DNA from: an uncultured Thermoplasmata archaeon
GTDB lineage: Archaea; Thermoplasmatota; Thermoplasmata; Lutacidiplasmatales; UBA184
Reading direction: 5' to 3'
NCBI GenBank assembly: GCA_963771555.1
Contig: CAVYTM010000001.1
Location: forward strand, 633,064-697,063
DNA: 64,000 nucleotides
Under the pieces are notes generated by a model that saw only the letters and a program-made list of their open reading frames with translations, made no database searches and was not told the DNA's origin. Position 1 is the stretch's first letter, and the number at the start of each line of letters is the position of its first letter. Position numbers and translations under genes: made by a program. Below are positions 9,540-17,800 of the stretch, piece after piece.

Positions 9540-10699
9540 GCTCGGCTCGCTCCCGGAGAGCTTCGGTCCGCGGGGAATTCGATTTCGGCCGGTCGGTCCT
9601 TCGGGATGAAGTCGCCGGAATTCGGGCGGGTGACGAGAGCGTACCACGGAGCGAGGACGTCGACGAGCGCGCCGACCAGACCGTTCGCAAGGAACCGGGG
9701 GATCGAGATGGCGCGCTCGAGGTAGTGAGCGTGGAGTCGATATCCTTCGACGTACGCGAGGATCATGGAGACCCAGATGAATCCCGTGAACACGCTCGTG
9801 ACGACCAAGAGAGGTCCGTAGCGGAGCTCAATGCTCGCGACGAGGATGGCGACCGAGGGGAGCGCGGAGAACCACGATAGCCCCGAGTACGCGACGGTGA
9901 GCCGTCGGCGCCGGGGCAGCTCGTGACAGTGAAGGACCGCGAACATCACCCCGTGCATCCAGCGACGCCGCTGACGAAGTTGGTCGCGCAGCGAGAACGC
10001 GCCCTTCTCGTAGGCGAAGCCCCTGAGGAGCCCGAACACCGAGCCGTAGCGCGCGCGAACGCGGATCTCGAACATGAGATCCTCGGAGGGAGCGTATCCT
10101 CGGGAGTCCCAGCCGACCGAATCCTCGATATCGGCGCGGACCAGGAAATGAGAGCCGTGGAACCCGGCGGTCGGGTTCCCGGGCATCGTCATCGAATCGA
10201 GCACCCTCAGGTCGTCGTACGACCGAGTGAGTTCCTGAACATGGCTCGGTGAGCCCCGCCAGTCGATCGGGTAGAGGATGATGCCGGCGCCGACCAGCGT
10301 CCGTCCGTCGAGCACGAAATCGGAGATCCCTCGGAGCGTGTCCTGGCCGACGCAGGTTTCCTCGTCTTGGTGATAAACCCAGACCTCCGGCACCGAGAGC
10401 CCAAGACAAGCGCGCTCGTCGCTGGCATACTGAAGTGCCCGCGCCTTGCCGGTCGTTCCGAGCGAGGTCCGATAGAGGGCCGGCACGATCAGGAGCCGGG
10501 CGCCGGCCCGTTCGAGACGATCGTAGACTTCGGGGGCACTCCAATATCCCTCCGGTTCCACGACCAACCACAGCAGGTACCGAAAGCCGAGCCTCGGCGT
10601 GTTCCGCATCCAGTACAGCACGGACCGGGCGGTCGCGTCCAGGGCACGGGCGTTCTTTCCGATCGCCGTCACCTGGAAGAGGACGGTGGGCTGCCTCAC
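9536..10699 (-). CDS. family 2 glycosyltransferase (GT2) with C-terminal transmembrane region
   Basis: GT-A-like core (VLFQVTAIGKNARALDATARSV ... WVYHQDEETCVGQD ... DLMFE ... QRRRW) followed by hydrophobic helices. Preferred start is a GTG at 10699 preceded by GGAGGAG. This start overlaps the TGA of the upstream gene (GTGA). Confidence 0.7.
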   Translation of the reverse strand: MRQPTVLFQVTAIGKNARALDATARSVLYWMRNTPRLGFRYLLWLVVEPEGYWSAPEVYDRLERAGARLLIVPALYRTSLGTTGKARALQYASDERACLGLSVPEVWVYHQDEETCVGQDTLRGISDFVLDGRTLVGAGIILYPIDWRGSPSHVQELTRSYDDLRVLDSMTMPGNPTAGFHGSHFLVRADIEDSVGWDSRGYAPSEDLMFEIRVRARYGSVFGLLRGFAYEKGAFSLRDQLRQRRRWMHGVMFAVLHCHELPRRRRLTVAYSGLSWFSALPSVAILVASIELRYGPLLVVTSVFTGFIWVSMILAYVEGYRLHAHYLERAISIPRFLANGLVGALVDVLAPWYALVTRPNSGDFIPKDRPAEIEFPADRSSPGASRA

Positions 10700-11664
10700 G
10701 TCTCCTCCGAGAGCTCGAGCCGGTTCTCTCGGAGAACCCGCTGCGTCCCGCGGAAGGCCGCAACGAAGAACGGAACCGGGACCATCCAGACGAGGGGCAA
10801 GGCGGCGAGCCAGATCGGGGGAACGGGCTCGTGGGCCTGGAGCGTGAGCCACAGGAGACTGGAACTGATGGCGACCGCGGCCGCGACCGTGCCCCAGCCT
10901 AGAGCGAGACGACGATCATGGAGCTTCGAAACCGTACGGTTGTATCGCTCCACGGTGAAGTCTTCGAACGAACCCGTGAGGGGAGGGATCGATGCGTCGG
11001 GCGGGATCACTGCTTTGGAAGCGAGGGGGGCGGGCGGAGGCACGACCGAATGTTCCCCCGACAACGGATGGGGTGTGGGGACCCGCCACGATACGCCTTC
11101 ACCCGCGCCTTCATCCCAAGGGTTCGACTGGATGAAGCCGAGCTCGGTCGAAGCCCGGTCGATCTCGCGGTCCACCAACGCGAGGGCGTGCCGAAGTCCC
11201 GCCAGCTCTTCCCCGACCCCTTGCGATTGGGCCACGAGTTCGCTCATGGCGGTCCGCGCTACGGTGATTCGTTCCTCGAGGTACGGGCTCGGCTCGCCCC
11301 ATTGTGCGGAATGGGTGCCTTCCGGGGCTTCGTTCGGAGCCTCGGGCGGCTCCTCCGTCCGGGGCAGAGGATTGGCCGCTCGGCGCGGTGCCAGTTCGTC
11401 GCGAAGTCGGTCGAGTTCCCGTAGTACATACTCGTCTTCACCGTCCGCGCGCGAGTAGCGCGATAGGGTCGGCGGGGTCGGAGACCCCGAGTCCTGTTCG
11501 TCTTCGGACCCGCCCGGATCTAGGGTGAAATCGGACGTCCGATGACGACCCTCTTCCTCCTCGCGAGTTTCCGGGGGACGACCGGTCTCGTCACCGGACG
11601 TAGCCTCGGCCCGGCGGGAACGATCGGGTCGATTGGGAGGCGACTCGCCGGGCTGTGACAACAT
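10696..11664 (-). CDS. hypothetical membrane protein: acidic disordered N-terminus, coiled-coil, two C-terminal TM helices; translationally coupled to GT2
   Basis: 322-aa ORF. N-terminal 110 aa is E/D/P-rich. Central helical region. C-terminal TMs LALGWGTVAAAVAISSSLLWLTL and IWLAALPLVWMVPVPFFVAAF. Stop overlaps the GT2 start. Confidence 0.55.
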   Translation of the reverse strand: MLSQPGESPPNRPDRSRRAEATSGDETGRPPETREEEEGRHRTSDFTLDPGGSEDEQDSGSPTPPTLSRYSRADGEDEYVLRELDRLRDELAPRRAANPLPRTEEPPEAPNEAPEGTHSAQWGEPSPYLEERITVARTAMSELVAQSQGVGEELAGLRHALALVDREIDRASTELGFIQSNPWDEGAGEGVSWRVPTPHPLSGEHSVVPPPAPLASKAVIPPDASIPPLTGSFEDFTVERYNRTVSKLHDRRLALGWGTVAAAVAISSSLLWLTLQAHEPVPPIWLAALPLVWMVPVPFFVAAFRGTQRVLRENRLELSEET

Positions 11665-11769
11665 GAATCGCTCGCAGTTTTCCCTTTAATGCTATTCCTT
11701 GGACGGGCAAGCCTCGTCACACCCTCCGGAGTTGGGCAGCCGACTCTCCCACCGACCGCCGCGGAGGTA

Positions 11770-13802
11770 ATGAATCCGGCCCGTTTCGAGGGCGCGTTGC
11801 CCGACGCCGAAAGCCCCCCTCCGCGAGTCGCGTCGCTCGGACGGCTCCCGTTTTCTCTATCGGCGGACGAACTGCGCCAGCGCGGCGCCGAGATCCTAGT
11901 GGAGGAGCGCCGTCAACTCGCGGACCTCGCGTCGCGGTCCGGCAGCGCCAGCATCGCGAGCTTCCTCGAGCCTCTCAACCGGATCCTCGTGGCCGCAGCG
12001 GACGTAGGAGCCCACGGGGGTCTCCTCTTCCAAGCCCATCCGAGCCCCGAGATACGGGAGGCCGGGCGGGAGCTCTCCGAGGATTCGGACCGTTTCTTCA
12101 ACGAGTTTCGGCTGAACGAGGCGGTCTATCGCCACCTACGTTCGATCGACCTCTCGGACCAGGACCCAACGACCCGCTGGGGGCTCGAGAGGTTGCTGAA
12201 GGAGATGCGACGTGCGGGCGTGGAGCAACCCGTCCCCCGGCGGAAGGAGATCGTCGGCCTCGCGAACGAACTCGACCAGGTCGAGAACGAGTTCAGCGCG
12301 AACATCTCCTCGGCCGTGCGATCGGTGGTGACAGAAGGCACGGAGCCACTCCGTGGTCTTCCCGTGGATTTCATCGCGGCGCACGCGCCGAGCGCGGACG
12401 GGAAGATACGGATCACGACGAAGTACCCCGACGTCTTCCCGGTCCTGAGCTACGCCGACGACTCCGACCTGCGTCGCCGCCTCTACTACGAATTCATGAA
12501 CGTCGCGGCGCCCGAGAATCTCCGTGTGCTCCACGACCTGCTCGTAGGGCGCCGGAAGTTCGTCCGCCTGCTCGGATACTCCGACTTCGCCCAGTATGCC
12601 GTCGAGAACAAGATGAGCGAGCGCCCCGAGGTCGTCGAGACCTTCCTCGACCGGGTAAGAAACCTTGTCCGGGAGCCCTCCCGCCAAGAGATGGCACGAT
12701 TACTCGCGAGGAAGCGGAAGGACCATCCGGAGGCGACGCGGCTCGAGGATTGGGACGGCCCGCTCGTAGCCGCCGGCTACTATGGCACCAAGATCCGCGA
12801 GGAGGAGTACGGGTCGACGCGCGACGGCTTCGAGCGTACCTGCCGTACACCGCGGTGCGCGACGGGCTCTTCGACCTGTGCCGAGAGCTGTTCGGTCTCG
12901 AGTTTCGGCGTGACCGCACTCCCGAGCTATGGCACCCGACCGTCGAAGCGTACGATGTTGGGCGGAAGGGCGACCCCATGGGCCGGTCCTACTTCGACTT
13001 CGTGCCCCGACCCGGAAAATTCGCTCACGCGGCCCACTTCACCGTGCGCACCGGCGTGATGGGGGGTGGCCTCCCCCAGGGGGCGCTGATCTGCAACTTC
13101 CTCGACGATAAGACCCCCGTCGAGGAAGCGCGCATGGAGTACCGGGACGTCGTGACCTTCTTCCACGAGTTCGGCCACCTGCTCCACCACCTCCTCTCCG
13201 GCCACGGTCGTTGGATCTACAGCGGAATGGGGTCCGTGGAGCGCGATTTCATCGAAGCGCCGTCCCAGCTGTTCGAGGAGTGGGCGCGGGACCCGACGAC
13301 CCTCGAGCGGTTCGCAAGGAATCCCGACACCGGCGAGTCCATCCCGACGGCCCTGGTGGCCCGCTTGAAGGAATCGGAAGCCATGGGACGCGCGTCGTTT
13401 GTCCTCCGTCAATCCGGGCTCGCGAGCGTTTCGTTGGAAGCCCACCTTCGCGACCCGAACGAATTCGTTGCCTCCGAGCTCTACCGAGAGATCTTCTCGA
13501 AGCAGGTGGGCGTTCCGGTCGATCCGGAGTATCACCCCATGGCGAGCTTCGGCCACCTGACCGGCTACTCCGCGTTCTACTACACGTACCTCTGGTCGGC
13601 CGTGATCGCACGGGATCTCCTGACCCCGTTCGAGGCGAAGGGGTCGCTCACCGACCGGGCCCTCGCCGAGCGTTATGCCAACGAGGTGCTCGCGCCGGGC
13701 GGGAGCCGGCCGGCGGCCGAGCTCGTGAGTAACTTCTTGGGCCGGGAATACAACTTCGACGCTTTCAGCCGTTGGGCCCTCGCGGGCACGAAGCCCGCCT
13801 GA
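11770..13802 (+). CDS. M3-family metallopeptidase (thimet oligopeptidase / oligopeptidase A-like); reading frame interrupted at ~12811-12813
   Basis: HEXXH zinc motif FFHEFGHLLHHLLSG and a conserved M3 C-terminal region lie in ORF 12750-13802. The N-terminal two thirds lie in ORF 11689-13059 in another frame. Adding one G after GAG-TAC-GGG (12811-13) yields the M3-typical ...IREEEYGVDARRLRAYLPYTAVRDGLF.... Start proposed at ATG 11770, preceded by GGAGG. Joined length is ~678 aa. Confidence 0.75.
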
Positions 13803-13847
13803 GCTCGGCCCGAGGAGATTCGGAGCCGCGACCCCCGAGGCTCGGGG

Positions 13848-14075
13848 TTACTTCGAGGAAGTCGCCTGCTTGAGCTCGTGGCGCGCGAGATAGCTGCGGC
13901 CCAGGACGAATCCGATCCCGGCACCGATCACGCCGCCGACGATGATCCCGATGATGAGGTACTCGAGCGCCGGCAGCAGGTCGCTCATGTCGAGGTAGGC
14001 GATCTGCTGAAGGAAGATCACGATGACGATACCGAGCACGACCCCGCAGGAGGCGCCGTGGGACGTGGCGCTCAC
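13848..14075 (-). CDS. small two-TM membrane protein
   Basis: 75 aa with two hydrophobic helices (GVVLGIVIVIFL and LIIGIIVGGVIGAGIGFVLG). GTG start overlaps the TGA of the upstream gene (GTGA at 14072-14075). Confidence 0.45.
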   Translation of the reverse strand: MSATSHGASCGVVLGIVIVIFLQQIAYLDMSDLLPALEYLIIGIIVGGVIGAGIGFVLGRSYLARHELKQATSSK

Positions 14076-14809
14076 GAGCTGCCTCCTGGCGGCGGGGTCT
14101 CCGCCGCAGCCGGCTCGGCCGTGGGTGGAGACTCGGTCGGCGGGGTCGATGGCGGTGAAGTCGACGGCGGCGGGGTCGAAGGTGGCGAGCCCGCGAGCTT
14201 GCGGCCCAGCGCGGCGTAGCGACCGGACCGGACGAGCGCGTAGATCTCGTAGATCGCGATGATCAGGAGCACGATCGGAATGGCCGCCACGAAGCCGAAC
14301 AGCGCGTTCGCTCGAACGTAGAAGTTCTCGCTGAACAGCGTCGTTTGGTTCGGGGAGAGGAAGCTCGCGGTGATCTTGTACACGCCTTCGAGGACGTACG
14401 CGATCGAGAGAGGAGTCCAGGTCAGCGGAATGCTCCCGTTCGCGCTCGCGATGGGGTTGTTGACGGTCTGGGTCCGGGTCGTGACGGCGAAGCCGAAATA
14501 GAACATCTGCAGCTGGGCGCTACCCACGGTGACTTTGGCCGAGGAACCCGTGGCCCAGTTGAACAAGACGCTGGCCGAGGTCGTGAAATCGATGCCCAAC
14601 GCGGAGGACGAGGTCGAAGCGGTCTGGACGTCGACGTTGTTCCAGGTTACGGACCATGCGGCCGCGGCAAAGGGTTCGGCCCCGGAGGGCTGGGAGGCGG
14701 GGCTCGCCCTCGCCGGAACCGGCACGCTCACGAGGAGGGCAACGACCGCCATCGCGAGGAACGCGCCCACGAGCCCCGCACGCCCGGCCGCCCGGCGAAG
14801 GAAACGCAT
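14072..14809 (-). CDS. secreted/membrane protein with signal peptide, one TM helix and Pro/Ser/Thr-rich tail
   Basis: Signal peptide GLVGAFLAMAVVALLVSVPVPARA. Beta-rich extracellular region with NxS/T sequons. TM helix FGFVAAIPIVLLIIAIYEIYALV. C-terminal repeats PPSTPPPSTSPPSTPPTESPPT. TATA-like box at the expected upstream distance. Confidence 0.55.
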   Translation of the reverse strand: MRFLRRAAGRAGLVGAFLAMAVVALLVSVPVPARASPASQPSGAEPFAAAAWSVTWNNVDVQTASTSSSALGIDFTTSASVLFNWATGSSAKVTVGSAQLQMFYFGFAVTTRTQTVNNPIASANGSIPLTWTPLSIAYVLEGVYKITASFLSPNQTTLFSENFYVRANALFGFVAAIPIVLLIIAIYEIYALVRSGRYAALGRKLAGSPPSTPPPSTSPPSTPPTESPPTAEPAAAETPPPGGSS

Positions 14810-14830
14810 GTCCTCCGCACGGAGCTCGGG

Positions 14831-14838
14831 TTTATCAA
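14831..14838 (-). promoter_or_regulatory. TATA-like box (TTGATAAA on the minus strand) 22-29 nt upstream of the 14809 start codon
   Basis: AT-rich octamer in a GC-rich intergenic region. GGAGG lies just before the ATG. Confidence 0.3.
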
Positions 14839-14884
14839 CCCATGCTTACGAGGTGTCCGAAGTCCGCTGAACTTCCGCTGGGTC

Positions 14885-17800
14885 CTAGGTCGGGGCAGGC
14901 GCGCCCCCGAAGGTGGCCCGGAATCGTTCGAGGTCCTCGGTCTTCATCAACGACGGGGCGAGGTAGACCCAGATCCGAGCGTCGTTCTCGCGCGCCAATC
15001 GGTCGAATTGCACGAGGCCGTTGAGGACGACATCGGCACCGTGGAGGCGGACCAGATACTCCACCCCTTCGAGGAAGAACGCCGTCACCTGTTCCTCGAG
15101 CAACTTCTTAGTGAGGAAGCTCCACGCACCCTCGAGATCCGAGGGACGAAGTGCCGGCCCCCGTCCGATGTTCGTCAACCAGAACACCTCGACCGGCCGC
15201 GACCCGACCCGGGCCCGGATCCGCTCAGGAGACTCGCGAACGACGCACACGCCGTGGTGGCCCGCGGACGCCGCTTCGAGAAATCCGCTGAGCGACGAGA
15301 CGAGCGAATCGCCGACCATGAGTTCGATCCCCGAGGGGGGAGCCGCGGGTTCCGGTTCGATCGGTTCGGAAAGAATGGTCGGAGGGACGGTGGTCCCCGC
15401 GTCGGTCGACGGCGTCGCGGCTTCCAAGGGCGCCGCCGGAGCGACTTCGCTCGCACCAAGTTCGGTTTCAAGGGGCGGCAACGGTCGGACCATCTCCGGC
15501 GGAGGAACCACCGGGGGACTAACTTCGGATTCCGGAGGGACCGGTGGGGCCGCCTCGATCGGCGAGAGGACCGAGGGAGAATCTCCTTCGAGGGGTTTGT
15601 CGGTCGAGGATTCTTCGGGCGATGGCAGCTCCTCGGGGATAGGCGGGATGGTTTCTCGGACCGGCTCGGGAGGTTCCTCCGGGGGTGGCGTCTCGCCGGG
15701 CGTCGACGGAGTCTCCAGGACGTTCGGAACCGAGGGTGTTTCAGGCGGGCTGAGGTCAGGGGGCGAGTCCCTCTCGGTCGGCTCGTTCATGACCGGTTCC
15801 GGAGAAGCCAGTTCGGGCGGGGGAGTCTCCAGTGTCGCGCGCACGGAGTCGACCGACTCGGGGGGAACCGGCTCGGGGACGACCAGCTCAGTCGGTAACG
15901 GTCCGGGCACAGCCGACTCCACCGGAGCCCGTTCGGGGGTCGCGGGTTCCGGGACGAGGGGTTCGGAATCGGCAGCGACCTGGTCCGAAGGAATGCTAGG
16001 TCCCTCCGTCCCCTCAACCTCCTGAGTGCCTTCGGGGGGCAGTGGGGGGATGGGAGCGGTCTCCTCCTCCGAGGGAGTCTCGAGTTCGGGCATCGGATTC
16101 TCGGGAGGTTCGGCCGGCTCGCTGGCCGGCGAGAGTTCCATTTCTGCGATCGAAGACGCCGGTGGGATGATGTCCGTTGGTCCCGGAGTTTCTTCCATCA
16201 ACGGAGCGGGGGCCGTCGATTCGGCCACCTCGGTCGGGGCCATTGGAACGGGAGCCTCGAGGTCCACCTCCGGGGATGGCATGACCGGTTCTGGAGGTGC
16301 ACTCGCGTCGGGGATCTCCCCCTCCGGAGCTGCGGCAAGGTCAGCTTCCTCGTGGACCTCCGGGCCCGCCACATCCACTGCCGGGGGGGCTGTCTCGATC
16401 GCGAGGTCATCTGCCTTCGGCGATGGGAGAGCGGTGGCACCGATCGGTTGCGCAATCTCGTTTCGAACGGGGGGAGGGACCGGTTCCGAGGAAGGGGGCG
16501 TTTCGGCCATCGCGGGAACGGGACTCTCGATTCGGAGGCCTTCTAGCGCCCCGAAGTCTCGACTCGCTTCCGTCGCGGGCTCGGCCACAGGGCGAGCCCG
16601 GAACTCCGGGGCGGCGGCCCGGATCGCCCTGACCGGCGGTGGGCGGGTCCGTCGGGTCGAAGCCGGCGGGATGATCCCGCCGAGCTTCGAGAACACGGCC
16701 TCGGCGACCGGCCCGCCGAAGCCCGGGAGTTCGGACACCGTCTCGAACGATGCATGGCGCAGGTCGTCGACGCTGTGGATGCCCTGCTCCCACGCACCCG
16801 CGACCTTCGACGGGCCGAGGAGGGGAACGCCGAGAATGTCATCCAGCTCCTGGCCCAGGGCTCGAACCGCCTCCTCGTGGGCCACGAATTTCTCGTCCGA
16901 GTAGTCGAATTCCTCGGGAATCGCTGCGGTCGACGTCGAGACCCGCTCCATCCGGACGCGCGCCCGTGGCCGCTTCTCGTGTCGGGGCGGGAGCGGAAGG
17001 TCGGGAATATGGATCCACCATCGGTCCCCCGTTCGTGTGCGTCCGGTCATCGAGTCCGGTGGGATCGCTCCCTCCGATTTCTCGACGACCCGGAGCTCCC
17101 GAAGTCCCAGGTAGCGGGCGATCGGCTCCGCGGCGGCCCGAAGCTCCGGAGCGAGGGGGTCGTGGGCGGTGACGAGAGCGACGCGCGTCGGCGTACCCGA
17201 AGTCGCGCCCGCCGAGCGGAGCCTCCGCTCGATGCGACGCACGAGCCAGAACGCGTCCCCGGAGAGCGGTGGAGCTCGCGCCCGTGCGAAATCCGCGCCG
17301 GCCGGAAGTTCGAGGTACAGCTCCCCGAGTGAGCACGGCACGGGAACGACCCGATCGGGCAGCGTGTCGGAGAGAGCCACCATGTTCGGGAAGATCCGAC
17401 GCGGCAGCCCATTGATCACGACCGTGAGCTCCTCGTGCCCCGCCGCCGTCTCCCACCGGCGCGGCGCCATCCGCGACAGCAGGTGGACGATCTGCGAAGC
17501 CTGGGAAGGGTAGGCCTTCTGGATCTCCGCCTCGATCGGGCGGATCGTGCGCTGGCGGCCGGTCCAAGGCTCGCGCGGCGACGCGACCTCGAATCGTTGG
17601 ACCCCGGCGAGGCGGGCGAGGGTCTCTTTCTCCGCCCGGAGCTTGTCGCCCACGTCGTCGGCCGAAACGACCAGAACGAGCGACGGTAGGACGGTTGTCC
17701 GAGGCACCGCGAGCGACCGCCGGAATCGATCGACACTGTGCAGCACCTTCCACCAACGGTCCCAGGCGGCGACCAATTCGTCGTTGAGCAGGGCCCGATC

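Noticed and set aside
8703-9647. 314-aa minus-strand ORF
   Set aside because: It is antisense to paralog-family gene 8826-9539 and lacks its own promoter or start context. The sense gene has a TATA box and a paralog.
14345-15898. 517-aa plus-strand ORF rich in Arg/Gly/Asp
   Set aside because: It overlaps the giant gene in antisense. It has an RG-repeat composition typical of wrong-frame ORFs in high-GC DNA.
15220-16510. Periodic PE/PEP-rich nucleotide region considered as a possible CRISPR or tandem DNA repeat
   Set aside because: There are no exact direct repeats with unique spacers. The periodicity is at the amino-acid level (a low-complexity linker) inside a continuous ORF.
15021-16904. 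Long plus-strand ORFs (334 and 292 aa) rich in Ser/Gly/Thr
   Set aside because: They are the antisense reading of the Pro/Glu-rich linker of the giant minus-strand gene. They are low-complexity, with no start context and no homology-like motifs.
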